A stretch of DNA of 64,000 nucleotides from Flavobacteriales bacterium (GCA_020629755.1 JAHDCS010000001.1:72103-136102), one strand, 5' to 3'; shown: positions 30,070 to 41,567, numbered from the stretch's first letter. Notes: generated from the letters alone by a model not told the origin. Translations and numbers: made by a program.

Positions 30070-31901
30070 TGGCTGCTAAAGTCGACGATCAGATCGCAGA
30101 TCTCACATCCCCCCTAAAAAAAGACTGCCACTTAGCGCTTTTAAAATTTGACGATGTAGAAGGTAAAAAAACCATGTGGCATTCTTCTGCGCATCTTATG
30201 GCAGAAGCTTTAGAGAGTCTTTATCCTGGAGTTAAATTTGGCATTGGCCCTGCCATAGACGGCGGATTTTATTATGACATTGACTGTGGCGAGCACACCA
30301 TTTCTGAGAAAGATTTTGGTGCAATTGAAAAGAAAATGCTTGAATTAGCCTCGACTAAAAGCCCATATGTTCGTAAAGAAATCTCTAAAAGAGAGGCCAT
30401 TGCTTATTTTAAAGAAAAGGGCGATGAGTATAAATTAGAACTCTTAGAAGATTTAGAAGACGGCACTATTACTTTTTACACACAAGGCGGATTTACCGAT
30501 TTATGTAAAGGTCCGCATATCCCCAATACTGGTTTTATTAAGGCGGCTAAAATTTTAAAAGTGGCTGGTGCCTATTGGCGGGGGGATGAAAAGCGCAAGC
30601 AACTCACTAGGCTTTACGGCATCACCTTTCCGAAACAAAAAATGCTTACAGAGCATATGCATTTATTAGAAGAAGCCGCTAAAAGAGACCACCGTAAACT
30701 CGGAAAGGCTTTAGAATTATTTGCTTTTTCACAAAACGTAGGGCAAGGCTTGCCTTTATGGTTACCAAAAGGTGCAGAGTTAAGAGAGCGCTTAGAACAG
30801 TTCTTAAAAAAAGCGCAGGTAGCAGCCGGATATGACCCCGTAGTAACCCCTCATATTGGATCAAAAAAATTATATGAAACCTCTGGGCATTATGAAAAAT
30901 ATGGTGAAGATTCTTTTCAGCCGATTAAAACGCCTGACCAAGATGAAGAGTTTTTACTTAAACCCATGAACTGCCCGCATCATTGCGAAATATACAAGAC
31001 TAAACCACGCTCTTACAAAGAGCTGCCCGTTAGATTTGCGGAATTTGGCACGGTATACCGCTATGAACAAAGCGGTGAGCTGCATGGATTAACCCGCGTA
31101 CGCGCCTTTACCCAAGACGATGCCCATATTTTTTGCCGCGCCGATCAAGTAGAAGAAGAATTCAAAAAAGTGATTGATCTTGTGCTGTATGTATTTAAAG
31201 CGCTTGATTTCAAAGAGTTTACCGCGCAAATCTCTCTAAGAGATAAAACAGATAAAGAGAAGTATATTGGCTCAGAAGAAAACTGGAACAAAGCCGAAGC
31301 AGCTATTATAAATGCAGCCAAAGAAAAAGGATTGCAAACTGTTGTAGAGTACGGAGAAGCAGCCTTTTATGGGCCTAAATTAGACTTTATGGTTAAAGAT
31401 GCTCTATCAAGAAGTTGGCAATTGGGCACCATACAAGTCGATTACAACTTACCAGAACGCTTTGACTTAACATATATTGGCTCTGATAATCAAAAACATA
31501 GGCCCGTAATGATACACCGTGCGCCCTTTGGATCGATGGAAAGATTTGTGGCGGTTTTAATCGAACATTGCGGCGGACAGTTCCCTTTATGGCTCACCCC
31601 AAATCAAGCAGCGGTAATTCCAGTAAGCGAAAAGTACAATGATTTTGCTCAAAAACTTTCAAAGTTGCTGAAAAATTACGAAATTCGCGCACTTGTAGAT
31701 GATAGAAATGAGAAAGTGGGGCGTAAGATTAGAGACAACGAACTAAATAAGATTCCTTATATGTTGGTTGTCGGTGAAAAAGAAATGCAAACGAACACCT
31801 ACCAAGTTCGTAAGCAAGGCAAAGGGGATCTTGGCACATTCTCATTAGATGCATTTGCAGAAATAATTAATAACGATATAAATAGTTCTATTGGCGATTA
31901 G
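29964..31901 (+). CDS. thrS: Threonine--tRNA ligase
   Basis: TGS domain N-terminus, editing-domain '[10 protein letters not shown]', class II motifs '[26 protein letters not shown]' and '[13 protein letters not shown]'. Confidence 0.97.
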   Translation: MINVTLPDGSVRSYESPITPLEIATSISEGLARNVLAAKVDDQIADLTSPLKKDCHLALLKFDDVEGKKTMWHSSAHLMAEALESLYPGVKFGIGPAIDGGFYYDIDCGEHTISEKDFGAIEKKMLELASTKSPYVRKEISKREAIAYFKEKGDEYKLELLEDLEDGTITFYTQGGFTDLCKGPHIPNTGFIKAAKILKVAGAYWRGDEKRKQLTRLYGITFPKQKMLTEHMHLLEEAAKRDHRKLGKALELFAFSQNVGQGLPLWLPKGAELRERLEQFLKKAQVAAGYDPVVTPHIGSKKLYETSGHYEKYGEDSFQPIKTPDQDEEFLLKPMNCPHHCEIYKTKPRSYKELPVRFAEFGTVYRYEQSGELHGLTRVRAFTQDDAHIFCRADQVEEEFKKVIDLVLYVFKALDFKEFTAQISLRDKTDKEKYIGSEENWNKAEAAIINAAKEKGLQTVVEYGEAAFYGPKLDFMVKDALSRSWQLGTIQVDYNLPERFDLTYIGSDNQKHRPVMIHRAPFGSMERFVAVLIEHCGGQFPLWLTPNQAAVIPVSEKYNDFAQKLSKLLKNYEIRALVDDRNEKVGRKIRDNELNKIPYMLVVGEKEMQTNTYQVRKQGKGDLGTFSLDAFAEIINNDINSSIGD

Positions 31902-32451
31902 ACGACGAAGAAAACCCAGAGGCTACCGAAAAAGCATGGAGCCTGAACATAAGATCAACGATAAAATCGAAGCTCTTAAGGTACGTGTTGTAGGTGAAAA
32001 TATCGAAGGTGGTGGTGTGTATTCACGAGCTGCTGCTCTTGATATGGCGCAAAACCAAGGCTTAGATTTGGTTTTAATTTCTCCTAAGGCAGATCCGCCT
32101 GTTTGTAAGATTATTGATTATAAAAAGTTCTTATACGAACAAAAAAAGAAACAAAAAGAAATTAAATCAAAAGCGCAAAAAGTAGTCATTAAAGACATGC
32201 GTTTTGGACCTAACACCTCTGAACACGATTTTAATTTCAAGCTCAAACATATTGAGAGTTTTCTGAATGACGGATGCAAGGTTAAGGCCTATGTGTTTTT
32301 TAGAGGACGAACCATTATGTTTAAAGACAAAGGCCAATTATTACTTTTAAAACTTGCGCAAGCTGTAGAAGAGATTGGTGTAGTTGAACAAATGCCAAAA
32401 ATGGAAGGGCGACGCATGATTATGTTTATTGCCCCAAAAAAGAAAAAGTAA
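31891..32451 (+). CDS. infC: Translation initiation factor IF-3 (non-ATG start)
   Basis: '[24 protein letters not shown]...[32 protein letters not shown]' is typical IF-3. No ATG lies near the N-terminus: TTG at 31891 and ATT at 31897. Overlaps the thrS stop by 11 nt. Confidence 0.9.
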   Translation: MAIRRRRKPRGYRKSMEPEHKINDKIEALKVRVVGENIEGGGVYSRAAALDMAQNQGLDLVLISPKADPPVCKIIDYKKFLYEQKKKQKEIKSKAQKVVIKDMRFGPNTSEHDFNFKLKHIESFLNDGCKVKAYVFFRGRTIMFKDKGQLLLLKLAQAVEEIGVVEQMPKMEGRRMIMFIAPKKKK

Positions 32452-32472
32452 AACGATTTAAACCCTAGCATT

Positions 32473-32667
32473 ATGCCTAAGATGAAAACCAATTCAAGTG
32501 CCAAAAAAAGATTTAAGTTCACTGGCTCTGGTAAAATCAAAAGAAAACACGCTTTCAAAAGTCATATTTTGACTAAGAAAACAACCAAGCAAAAAAGAGC
32601 TTTAACCAAGTTTACAACGGTTCATCCGTCTGATGAAGCCAATGTGAAGCACATGTTGTGCGTGTAA
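32473..32667 (+). CDS. rpmI: 50S ribosomal protein L35
   Basis: '[36 protein letters not shown]'. Confidence 0.95.
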   Translation: MPKMKTNSSAKKRFKFTGSGKIKRKHAFKSHILTKKTTKQKRALTKFTTVHPSDEANVKHMLCV

Positions 32668-32778
32668 GACTTGATAAAAAGATAAAAAGCAATTAATTTT
32701 GCACCATATTAACCAGACACTTGAGCACACAAGCATTGCTGAGACAGCGCAATCGCCTCTTGTCAAAAATTAAAAAAT

Positions 32779-33123
32779 ATGCCTCGTTCGGTAAACGCAG
32801 TTGCTTCTAGAGCAAGAAGAAAAAAAATATTAAAATCAGCCAAAGGATATTTTGGCCGAAGAAAAAACGTCTATACGGTTGCTAAGAATGCCGTTGAAAA
32901 AGGCTTACAATACGCCTACAGAGACCGTCGTCAAAAGAAAAGAAACTTCAGAGCCCTTTGGGTACAAAGAATAAATGCTGGTGCAAGAGAGCATGGCATG
33001 TCTTATTCTAAATTCATGGGTGAATTAGCTAAAAAAGACATTGGCTTAAACAGAAAGGTGTTGGCAGATTTAGCCATGAACCACAAAGATGCCTTTAAGG
33101 CAGTGGTTGACATGGTGAAGTAA
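32779..33123 (+). CDS. rplT: 50S ribosomal protein L20
   Basis: '[39 protein letters not shown]'. Confidence 0.95.
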   Translation: MPRSVNAVASRARRKKILKSAKGYFGRRKNVYTVAKNAVEKGLQYAYRDRRQKKRNFRALWVQRINAGAREHGMSYSKFMGELAKKDIGLNRKVLADLAMNHKDAFKAVVDMVK

Positions 33124-33192
33124 AGTACTACACTGATTGCCGCCCAAATCACTACTTATAACAATTTAGCTCTAGTATTGAATTAAGAGACT

Positions 33193-33924
33193 TTGTTATA
33201 CTTAAACATCGTAATACCCTGTTTTAATGAAGAAAAGCGTCTAGATTTAGATGCTTTTTCTGTTTTTACACATCAACACCCACAAGTTCACCTTGTGTTT
33301 GTTGATGATGGCAGCACTGACAGCACCAATCAAAAACTACATGCTTTTTGCAAAAAACATGTACGATGTCAATTAGTTGACTCTACAAAAAACGCAGGAA
33401 AGGCTTCTGCGGTACATCTAGGCATGCATTGGGCATTTAAAAAAAAGCCTTCTAAATATTATAGTTTTTTAGACGCCGATCTTTCTATTTCACTTGAGCA
33501 GCATTATGCATTATGTAATAATTTAGAAAAAAACGACTTGTCATTATGCTACCACACAAAGCGAAAAGGCAAGCAAAGTATTCGCAATAGTATATTTAGA
33601 AACCTCATCAGTAAAGCTCTTTTTATGCTTAATTCAAAACTTCTCAAATTAAACATTGCTGACACACAATGTGGCTCAAAAGTTTTTTCATCTGATTTGG
33701 CCCAATTTATATTTAAAGAACCCTTTTTAAGTTCATGGCTGTTTGATATTGAGATTTTTTTGAAAATCAAAGCGCATTTTGGTTTATCTTTTTTAAACAC
33801 ACAAACCAGGGGCGTATTTTTACAAAAAATAAAAGATCATCACAATACTAAATTACATTTATCTTCTATGTTTAAATTAGGCAAGGATTATCTAAGCATT
33901 TACTACCATTACTTTTTGAAGTGA
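33193..33924 (+). CDS. GT2 glycosyltransferase, polyprenyl-phosphate sugar synthase-like (DPM1/GtrB-like)
   Basis: 'NIVIPCFNEEKRL', 'VFVDDGSTDST' and 'DADL' (DxD) motifs. TTG start. Confidence 0.75.
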   Translation: MLYLNIVIPCFNEEKRLDLDAFSVFTHQHPQVHLVFVDDGSTDSTNQKLHAFCKKHVRCQLVDSTKNAGKASAVHLGMHWAFKKKPSKYYSFLDADLSISLEQHYALCNNLEKNDLSLCYHTKRKGKQSIRNSIFRNLISKALFMLNSKLLKLNIADTQCGSKVFSSDLAQFIFKEPFLSSWLFDIEIFLKIKAHFGLSFLNTQTRGVFLQKIKDHHNTKLHLSSMFKLGKDYLSIYYHYFLK

Positions 33925-35984
33925 TAAAACACTTTTATAATACATACAAATATCAGTTCTTGCTGATTATTCTAATTGCTATTTCCATTTGGCCTATTTC
34001 CTTATTTCTGTACACCCCTAAATGGGATAATATGTCAGGGTATTTGCCTTATAGATATTTCATAAGTGATTTTCTATGGAACGGTCATTTACCACTCTGG
34101 AATCCTTTTCAAAATTTAGGCTACCCCGGATATTCAGACTTACAAAGTGGGTGTTGGTATCCAGTTACTTGGATACTGATGCTGTTTGGAAAATACAACA
34201 TCACCTCCTTAAATATTGAGCTGAGTTTATGTTTTATCATTGCCGGATTAGGGATGTATTCATTTTCAAATTATTTTTTTAAATGCCAAAAAACCGCCTT
34301 GATTTTAGGGCTTTCTTATGGCTTGTCTGGTATTATGACCGGTTCTACTCAACTTATGGTTTTTTTAATTGGACAAGCCTGGCTTCCATGGGTTTTACTC
34401 TCATTCTTTAAATTAAGGCACTCCAAAACCTGGGGGGCTATTATATGTAGCTCTGTGTGTATAAGTTTTAATATTACTGGCGCAAGCCCTGCCTTTAGCA
34501 TTGCTTTATTTTACATTCTTTTGGGGCTCTTTATTTATTTTCTCTTTACAGTAAAAAAAGAACAAAAAAAATTATTTGTTCTCAATAGTTTTAAAGTTTC
34601 AATTTTAACCTCATTACTGCTTGCCCCTTATTTCATCTCTCTTTACGATTTTATGCCCTACTTCAACAGAATAAATAAACTGCCCTTTGAAGACTACTTA
34701 TTGGCCAATCCCTTTTCAATTCGAGAATACCTTTCTTTCTTAGCCCCTTTTTCTGTGATTTCTAAAAGTTCTTTTTTCGATCAGTGCGACCTTTCTCTTA
34801 GAAATGCTTACGTAGGCATTGTAATACTTTTTCTGTTTATATACTCTACTTATAAACGTATCTTGAAACAAGATTTTAAACTTATTGTTTTACTTATTGT
34901 TTCTTTTGTTTTAGCCGCCGGTAGTTTAACCCCAGCATACAAACTCTTTTATAACTTTATTCCTGGATTTGGGCTTTTCAGACACCCTTCTTTTTTTAAA
35001 TCGTATAGTGTTTTTCTAATCTTGCTTATCAGTGCACCTGCTCTAAAAACAGTACTATTAAAAGACAAAAAAATGGCTATTAATAAATTGTTTGGGGGGA
35101 TTGGTTTGGGAGGATGTATACTCGTGCTAACAGGATTTTTTTTGTCTGATGGCTCTTTAAAGAATCTCTTTTACCAGATTATTGAAGCTTTAAAATTACC
35201 TGAGTTTTCAAATTCTACATTTCAAACGCACATGATCATAAGTGGACTAGTGATTATGAGCCTAACTGTATTCTACTTTTTTTTACGCCGAATAAAACTC
35301 TCTAATTATCTAATATTAGTAAGTATTGTCTTTTTTGATTTAAGCATTCAAACATTTTTAACGGCACCCACAACGATTTATTATCCTAAATCTTATGCCT
35401 CCTTTTCGGATGTTAATTCTTATTTCAAACATCTTCCTAAAAAAATAAACCAAACAGCCACCTTATCTTACAATGAGATTGACTCATTACATATGTTTAA
35501 AAAAACAGGAGGGATTACAAACAATTTAGGCACATTCAATAAAACATTATCACATAGAGGCTTAAATCCAACAAAATTTAAATCATTTGAAACCGTAAGA
35601 AATGAAAAAAGATTAAATCAATTCACTCGTCATCCTGTTGTGTATAGCCTTAAGGATAGTTTAAACATTGATGATGTATCAATTACATACAATGCCTTTA
35701 CATGCAAAGTAAGAAACATGAGCAGCACCCCTAAGCACTTAGTATTGAATCAAAACCACCACCACTTATGGTCAGCTAAATTAAACAATCAGGCTATTTC
35801 TATTAAAAAAGAAAACGGCTTAGTAATGGGTGTAGAAATCCCTTCAAATACAGAAGGGATTTTACACTTTTCGTATCAATCTCCTTATTTACCTTACGCT
35901 ATCATTATTATGCTATTGACGTATTGCGCTTGTGTTTTTACAGGGATTTTTTCAGCAAAGAAGAGGCTAATAAACTGGGTTTAG
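33921..35984 (+). CDS. Large polytopic membrane protein (YfhO/GT-C-like putative glycosyltransferase)
   Basis: 687 aa with more than 12 predicted TM helices, followed by a soluble C-terminal domain. Overlaps the upstream GT2 gene by 4 nt. Confidence 0.5.
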   Translation: MIKHFYNTYKYQFLLIILIAISIWPISLFLYTPKWDNMSGYLPYRYFISDFLWNGHLPLWNPFQNLGYPGYSDLQSGCWYPVTWILMLFGKYNITSLNIELSLCFIIAGLGMYSFSNYFFKCQKTALILGLSYGLSGIMTGSTQLMVFLIGQAWLPWVLLSFFKLRHSKTWGAIICSSVCISFNITGASPAFSIALFYILLGLFIYFLFTVKKEQKKLFVLNSFKVSILTSLLLAPYFISLYDFMPYFNRINKLPFEDYLLANPFSIREYLSFLAPFSVISKSSFFDQCDLSLRNAYVGIVILFLFIYSTYKRILKQDFKLIVLLIVSFVLAAGSLTPAYKLFYNFIPGFGLFRHPSFFKSYSVFLILLISAPALKTVLLKDKKMAINKLFGGIGLGGCILVLTGFFLSDGSLKNLFYQIIEALKLPEFSNSTFQTHMIISGLVIMSLTVFYFFLRRIKLSNYLILVSIVFFDLSIQTFLTAPTTIYYPKSYASFSDVNSYFKHLPKKINQTATLSYNEIDSLHMFKKTGGITNNLGTFNKTLSHRGLNPTKFKSFETVRNEKRLNQFTRHPVVYSLKDSLNIDDVSITYNAFTCKVRNMSSTPKHLVLNQNHHHLWSAKLNNQAISIKKENGLVMGVEIPSNTEGILHFSYQSPYLPYAIIIMLLTYCACVFTGIFSAKKRLINWV

Positions 35985-35998
35985 AATAAAAAACAGAA

Positions 35999-36619
35999 TT
36001 AGAAACTGTTTAAGTTTTTTTCAAAAAAATAGTTTAATCTATACGTAAACCCAAAAGTTCTGGGGTTTGTTAAATTATACTCTTGCCCAGTGTTGTTGTC
36101 TTTTTGTGTAATGTCATAGAATAAATTATAATTTAATAAAATCTCACCTCCAAATCCTCCGCCAAGACCCAAGTATGAAAGACCAACAAGCCCTTGCGCA
36201 AAAGTACCTGATGTTTTTAAGTTTTGGTTTTGTCTCGTGTTTTTTTGAGAAATAAAATTATAGTTTAGTTCAATGACAGGAGAAAATTGTTTTTTCATAA
36301 AATAGAACCTGGTATAAGGCCCTCCAATAAATGAACTAAAAGCATTGCCTATGGTCAGCCTTGCGTCTACGCCAGTATTCCATTTATCTAAAAAGAAACG
36401 GCCATACCTGCCTTGCGCCCAGATTTCCCAAAACCCATTGGTGCCACCGCCGCCCATACCAAACCCAACTTGGCTTTTTTGTTTATCAAACAAGTTAAAT
36501 CCGTTGTTGTTTTGGTTTTGCTGCGTAGATGTGTTCTGCGGCCCTTGGCTCACTTCTCTGTCTTGAGCAGAGCAGAGCAATGCAAAAAACATCCCCCCGA
36601 AAAAAATTAAACTTTTCAT
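35999..36619 (-). CDS. Small outer-membrane beta-barrel protein (hypothetical)
   Basis: Signal peptide 'MKSLIFFGGMFFALLCSAQ', G-rich beta-strand pattern and a C-terminal aromatic residue. Confidence 0.5.
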   Translation of the reverse strand: MKSLIFFGGMFFALLCSAQDREVSQGPQNTSTQQNQNNNGFNLFDKQKSQVGFGMGGGGTNGFWEIWAQGRYGRFFLDKWNTGVDARLTIGNAFSSFIGGPYTRFYFMKKQFSPVIELNYNFISQKNTRQNQNLKTSGTFAQGLVGLSYLGLGGGFGGEILLNYNLFYDITQKDNNTGQEYNLTNPRTFGFTYRLNYFFEKNLNSF

Positions 36620-36707
36620 CTTTCAAAGATACAAAACAGTTGTGTGACCTAAAAAACTGGACAAGGGGCTAATTATTTCTTACCTTTGCTCTTTGAAAAG
36701 AAGAATA

Positions 36708-37286
36708 ATGAATATAGTTTTATTCGGCCCTCCGGGCGCAGGAAAAGGAACACAATCAAAATTACTTATTGAGAAGTACGGATTAACGCATCTGTCTACA
36801 GGTGATATTTTTCGCTATAACATCAAAAACGAAACGGAGCTGGGTACTTTAGCCAAAACCTATATGGATAAAGGTGAATTAGTGCCTGATCATATAACGA
36901 TTAAAATGTTAGAAGCAGAAGTAGAGAAAAACGCTGGTTCTTCTGGTTTTATTTTTGATGGCTTTCCTAGAACCATCAAACAAGCTGAAGCCCTGGATAA
37001 TTTTTTAAATGCAAAAGGGTCACAAATTCATTCAATGTTGGCTTTGGTGGTGCCTGAAACTGAACTTAAGAACAGATTAAAAGAACGCGCCATTACCTCT
37101 GGAAGAGCTGACGACGCCAACCCTACAGTGATTCAAAACAGAATTGATGTATACAACAACGAAACCTTACCGGTTAAAAATTATTACCAGACAGATGGTA
37201 AATACATAGAAGTCGTTGGCTTAGGAGGCATACAAGAGGTCTTTTCTCGTTTGTGCGCAGAGGTTGACGCACTTGTTCCTGCTTAA
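36708..37286 (+). CDS. adk: Adenylate kinase
   Basis: P-loop 'GPPGAGKGTQ', 'THLSTGDIFR' and 'GFIFDGFPRT'. The ATG at 36708 is preferred over the TTG at 36693. Confidence 0.95.
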   Translation: MNIVLFGPPGAGKGTQSKLLIEKYGLTHLSTGDIFRYNIKNETELGTLAKTYMDKGELVPDHITIKMLEAEVEKNAGSSGFIFDGFPRTIKQAEALDNFLNAKGSQIHSMLALVVPETELKNRLKERAITSGRADDANPTVIQNRIDVYNNETLPVKNYYQTDGKYIEVVGLGGIQEVFSRLCAEVDALVPA

Positions 37287-37308
37287 ATAATCTTTAAATC
37301 TATACAGT

Positions 37309-38298
37309 ATGGTCAATTTTATTGATCATGTAAAACTTTTTGTGCGCTCTGGCAAAGGCGGTGCGGGTTCCTCTCATTTTCACAGAGACAGAACTACTGC
37401 TAAAGGTGGTCCTGATGGTGGTGATGGCGGCAGAGGTGGTCATATTATTTTAAGAGGCAACCCACAACTCTGGACGCTCTTGCATTTAAAGTACAGAAAG
37501 CATATCCATGCTGAAAATGGGCAAAATGGATCTGGAGCCATGAAAACAGGCACCAGCGGAAAAGACTCTATCTTAGAAGTACCCCTGGGGACCATTGCTA
37601 AAAATGCCCAAACTGGCGAACAAGAATTTGAAATTACAAAAGAAGGGCAAGAGGTTATCCTTTTAAAGGGAGGTAAAGGGGGTCTGGGCAATACTCATTT
37701 TAAAAATTCAGTCAGACAAGCACCCGAATATGCACAACCTGGTGAGCCCGCCATTGAAGCCTGGAAAATATTAGAATTAAAAGTGTTAGCGGATGTAGGA
37801 TTAGTCGGGTTTCCGAACGCTGGTAAATCTACCCTACTCTCGGTATTAAGTGCGGCCAAACCTAAAATTGCAGATTATCCTTTTACCACCTTGGTGCCTC
37901 AATTAGGGGTAGTGAGTCACAATGATGGTTTCCGCTCTTTTGTAATGGCAGACATCCCTGGCATCATTGAAGATGCGCATAAAGGAAAAGGCTTAGGACA
38001 CCGTTTTTTAAGACATATCGAACGCAATTCAGCGCTTTTATTTGTTATTTCTTGCGAGGCCAAAAGCATCAAAGACGAATACCACGTGCTTTTAAATGAG
38101 CTAAAAAAATACAATCCAGAACTACTAGATAAAACACGTTTACTCGCCATCTCTAAAGCCGATCAGCTTGATGAAGAACTAAAAAATGAGATGATAAAAG
38201 AGGTGCCTAAAAACATTCCTTTTTGTTTTATTTCTTCATTTTCTAAAGAAGGTATTCCAGAATTAAAATCAAAGATTTTTAACGCTTTAGATGCCTAA
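37309..38298 (+). CDS. obg: GTPase Obg/CgtA
   Basis: Obg-fold '[12 protein letters not shown]', G1 'GFPNAGKST' and G3 'DIPGIIEDA'. Confidence 0.95.
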   Translation: MVNFIDHVKLFVRSGKGGAGSSHFHRDRTTAKGGPDGGDGGRGGHIILRGNPQLWTLLHLKYRKHIHAENGQNGSGAMKTGTSGKDSILEVPLGTIAKNAQTGEQEFEITKEGQEVILLKGGKGGLGNTHFKNSVRQAPEYAQPGEPAIEAWKILELKVLADVGLVGFPNAGKSTLLSVLSAAKPKIADYPFTTLVPQLGVVSHNDGFRSFVMADIPGIIEDAHKGKGLGHRFLRHIERNSALLFVISCEAKSIKDEYHVLLNELKKYNPELLDKTRLLAISKADQLDEELKNEMIKEVPKNIPFCFISSFSKEGIPELKSKIFNALDA

Positions 38299-39496
38299 AA
38301 AACTTCTATTTTTAACCACCCAATTGCCTTATCCCCTCATCAGTGGAGGGGTCATTAAATCGTTTAAACTCTTAGAATGTTTGTCTAAAAATTATGCTGT
38401 TACCCTTATTTGTCCGCTAAAAAATAAAGATCAAGACCAAATTGTAGCATTCGAAAAACAACTCTCGCTTTCAAAAACATACTATAAACCCATTCATAAA
38501 ACACGAAGTTCTTTTAATCTTTTAAAAAGCTATCTAAGAGCCTCTACTTTAAATGTATACAGAAATTTCGATGCTCAAATCAAAAAAGAGGTACAAGCAC
38601 ACTCTAAAAATGCTGATCTTATTTTAATTGACCATTATGAAATGGGCGTTTACATCCCCCCAAAATACAATGGCAAAGTGATTTTGCACCAACATAATGC
38701 CGAATATACGCTTTGGGAAAGTATGGCTAAAACCATGCGTTTTGGCCCTAAAAAAATAGCAGTATTAAGTGAAGTTTCAAGAATAAAAGCCGCTGAAAAA
38801 ACCTATTGCAATAAAGCCGATTTAGTCTGGGCTGCGCCTTCAGACATTGATGCTTTAAAAAAAATAGGCGTTACGACTCCTTTTTCTCACACACTGCATC
38901 TAGGCAAAGAGGCTTTACTCTCTTACCCTGCGCTTAATTTTCATAAAGAAAATAAAAACCTGCTTTTTGTGGGCTCTCTAGATTGGGAGGCAAATGTAAG
39001 CGGGTTACTATGGTTTATCGACTCGGTGTGGCCTTTAATTTTAGCCAAGCAAGATAATGCCACGCTTACCGTAATCGGAAAAAATCCAGACAAGCGCCTT
39101 ATAAAAGCGGCTAAAAAAACAAAACATATTACATTTAAAGGTTTTGTAAAACATTTAGATGCCGCCTTTTTAAATGCTAAAATAAGCATCGCGCCTCTTT
39201 TGTTTGGCAGCGGCATTAAAGTTAAAGTCGTAGAAGCCCTATACAGAGGCATTCCTATGATCACTACTTCTTTTGGTGTGCAGAGCTTAGAGGTTCAAAA
39301 CAAAAAACATATTTGCGTGTGCGATGACCCGAAAGACTTTGCTTTAACAGCCATTAAACTATTAGAGCATAAAAAAACCTGGACAGATTTATCAAAAAAT
39401 AGTCGCGCTTTTGCTTCTCAACATTTAAGATGGGAACCCTTACTTAAAAAGCATCTAAAAGAGATCGATGGTCTGCTCACTAGAGCTAAATTGTGA
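38291..39496 (+). CDS. Glycosyltransferase, GT4 family
   Basis: GT-B architecture with C-terminal '[21 protein letters not shown]'. Overlaps the obg stop by 8 nt. Confidence 0.7.
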   Translation: MPKKLLFLTTQLPYPLISGGVIKSFKLLECLSKNYAVTLICPLKNKDQDQIVAFEKQLSLSKTYYKPIHKTRSSFNLLKSYLRASTLNVYRNFDAQIKKEVQAHSKNADLILIDHYEMGVYIPPKYNGKVILHQHNAEYTLWESMAKTMRFGPKKIAVLSEVSRIKAAEKTYCNKADLVWAAPSDIDALKKIGVTTPFSHTLHLGKEALLSYPALNFHKENKNLLFVGSLDWEANVSGLLWFIDSVWPLILAKQDNATLTVIGKNPDKRLIKAAKKTKHITFKGFVKHLDAAFLNAKISIAPLLFGSGIKVKVVEALYRGIPMITTSFGVQSLEVQNKKHICVCDDPKDFALTAIKLLEHKKTWTDLSKNSRAFASQHLRWEPLLKKHLKEIDGLLTRAKL

Positions 39497-39655
39497 TAAA
39501 ATGGCATAAAAGATTTTTAATAGAAAAGACAAATTTTGAGGCAAAAAACACAGACATAGCAGTAGCTATGGTGAGTATTTTTAACGAAGAAACTTGGTTT
39601 TTATATATAAAGATTTGTGACGTTTTATCACAATTTAGCTCTAACGCACTAAGCT

Positions 39656-40450
39656 CTATCCCCCCACCACAAAAATAAACGTCATGCTGCCTGTTTGCTC
39701 TAAAGGGGCTCGTGAATCTGGATTAAATTTTGTTTTCAGTGCGGCTTCTTTGGCTTTTTTAAATAAAATAGCACTCGTGGTGGTAGACCCTTTTATACCC
39801 GGATCAGCCCTAAACACCTCTCCGTTTTGGTTCACGTATATACGCACAACAACCTTGCCCTCGTCTTGTGAATCATCGTAAATCTTAGGCGTACTAGATA
39901 ATTTTCGTCCGCCTAGTACAAAATTACCCCCTCCGGGCAAAGCCCCTCCGGTCTTTCCTCCGTATTTACCACCGTATTCTCTGCCCTGAACACCCGATTG
40001 GCTATCGTTGCCTCCTCCGTTGCCATTGCCACTCTGCGTATTCTTTGTTTTACTAAATAGATTTGTCAAATGATTTTGGAGCTTTTTGGCTTCGGCTTGC
40101 TCTTTTTCGGCCTGTATTTCTTCTGGTGTTTTTTCTTTTTTAGGGGATGGATTATCGCTTTTCACCACCTTTGCTATCGAAGGTGTTTCTTGGGTAACAA
40201 AATCTTCAGTTGTTGCCGTATTTTGTTGTACGACTTCTTCTACTTGGGTGTTTTGCTCTGGGGGCGCCTCAAATGTATCTCCTGATCCGGCATCTTCAAA
40301 ACCTAAACGGATTTGCAAAGGCATGCCGTCTTCTTGTATGGGCGGATCAGGCTCGGTAAATCCAGTAAACAAAAATAAGATGAGCAAGCACAAATGAAAC
40401 ACCAAGGTGCCTATGATGCCTTTTCTTTTATGTTCTTTGGAGGATGACAT
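39656..40450 (-). CDS. Energy transducer TonB-like protein
   Basis: N-terminal anchor, P/E/K-rich linker, G-rich segment and C-terminal TonB-type fold 'GKVVVRIYVNQNGEV...'. Lies downstream of exbB-exbD. Confidence 0.75.
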   Translation of the reverse strand: MSSSKEHKRKGIIGTLVFHLCLLILFLFTGFTEPDPPIQEDGMPLQIRLGFEDAGSGDTFEAPPEQNTQVEEVVQQNTATTEDFVTQETPSIAKVVKSDNPSPKKEKTPEEIQAEKEQAEAKKLQNHLTNLFSKTKNTQSGNGNGGGNDSQSGVQGREYGGKYGGKTGGALPGGGNFVLGGRKLSSTPKIYDDSQDEGKVVVRIYVNQNGEVFRADPGIKGSTTTSAILFKKAKEAALKTKFNPDSRAPLEQTGSMTFIFVVGG

Positions 40451-40455
40451 ATCAT

Positions 40456-40848
40456 CTATGGGGCCTCTGTGGCTAATACAATTTCTATTTGATTTTTTCG
40501 AGCTACCCCTAATAAATTAACTGTAAAGCCAGTGGGCACACTCTCATCTACATATAAAACGGCTGTTTTGTTCTCATTATTTTCTAATGCCATTACTAAT
40601 TCTGATTCTACTTGTTCTGGATTAATTTTCTTTGCGCCCACATAATAACTTAAATCTTTTTTAATGGTTACCGAGACCGAAGGTTTATCAGAGGTTCTAG
40701 AGGTGCTATTGGGTAAATCTACCTTTTCGCCATAGGGGTTAATGAGCGTAGAGAGTACTATAAAAAATATCAAGAGTAAGAAAACAATATCGGTCAACGA
40801 TGCCATATTGAATTCTACACTTACCTTATTTGAACTTTTAATAGGCAT
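40456..40848 (-). CDS. exbD: Biopolymer transport protein ExbD/TolR
   Basis: 130 aa; 'FNMASLTDIVFLLLIFFIV' is the ExbD anchor motif. Confidence 0.85.
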   Translation of the reverse strand: MPIKSSNKVSVEFNMASLTDIVFLLLIFFIVLSTLINPYGEKVDLPNSTSRTSDKPSVSVTIKKDLSYYVGAKKINPEQVESELVMALENNENKTAVLYVDESVPTGFTVNLLGVARKNQIEIVLATEAP

Positions 40849-40856
40849 GCTGCGCT

Positions 40857-41567
40857 TTATTTAGCCGGTTCTTGTAAAATATCCATAAAAGACAGCGAGA
40901 CCTCTTCCATGTTGTGTGCAATTTTTTGGGCCTTTGAAGACAGGATGTTATAAGCCAAATAGGCTATAATCCCAACAATTAAACCCGCAACAGTAGTGAC
41001 CATGGCTTGCATAATCCCTCCTGAGAGCTCATCTACCTTTACGGCTTGCCCGCCTACTTTCATCGCATGAAAAGTGACAATCATCCCCATTACGGTGCCT
41101 AAAAACCCAAGCATAGGAGCTACTCCTGAAATCGTTGCCAGAAGCGGAAATCCCTTTTCAAGCGTATTAAGTTCTATTTGCGCCACGTTATCAATCTCTG
41201 TTTTGATATCTTGTAAGGGCTTACCTATACGCTTAATCCCTTTTGCTATTAAATTACTGTACACGGTTTTGTCAGCAGCACAAACCGCGCCAGCACCCTG
41301 AATATTGCCTTCTGTAATAAAGCCCCTAACACTTGAGAGAAGATTGGCGTCAATTTTTCCTTTCTTTTGCAAGGTAAAGTAACGTTCTAAAAAAACATAC
41401 ACCCCAAAAATAGACATCAAAAGCAAGGGAATAACGACAATGAGCGTGCCTGGATCCATCAAAAGATCTACAATAGAAATGGTTTTTGTCGCTGCTCCCT
41501 CTGTCACTGCATCTACCATTGTTGTATCTTCTGGTAGCGGGATTTGTGCGAAAATTGTTTTAAACAT
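40857..41567 (-). CDS. exbB: MotA/TolQ/ExbB proton-channel protein
   Basis: Three TM helices; 'APMLGFLGTVMGMI' is the conserved ExbB motif. Confidence 0.85.
   Translation of the reverse strand: MFKTIFAQIPLPEDTTMVDAVTEGAATKTISIVDLLMDPGTLIVVIPLLLMSIFGVYVFLERYFTLQKKGKIDANLLSSVRGFITEGNIQGAGAVCAADKTVYSNLIAKGIKRIGKPLQDIKTEIDNVAQIELNTLEKGFPLLATISGVAPMLGFLGTVMGMIVTFHAMKVGGQAVKVDELSGGIMQAMVTTVAGLIVGIIAYLAYNILSSKAQKIAHNMEEVSLSFMDILQEPAK

Noticed and set aside
32668-32778. Possible ribosomal-protein (L20) leader structure in the 111-bp rpmI-rplT spacer
   Set aside because: Only a weak 5-bp stem (ATTGC/GCAAT) could be found by eye. Known L20 leaders lie upstream of infC in other phyla, so the evidence is insufficient.
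39493-39678. 61-aa ORF between the GT4 gene and tonB
   Set aside because: It has no signal or motif and lies in a convergent intergenic tail overlapping the tonB 3' end. It is probably spurious.
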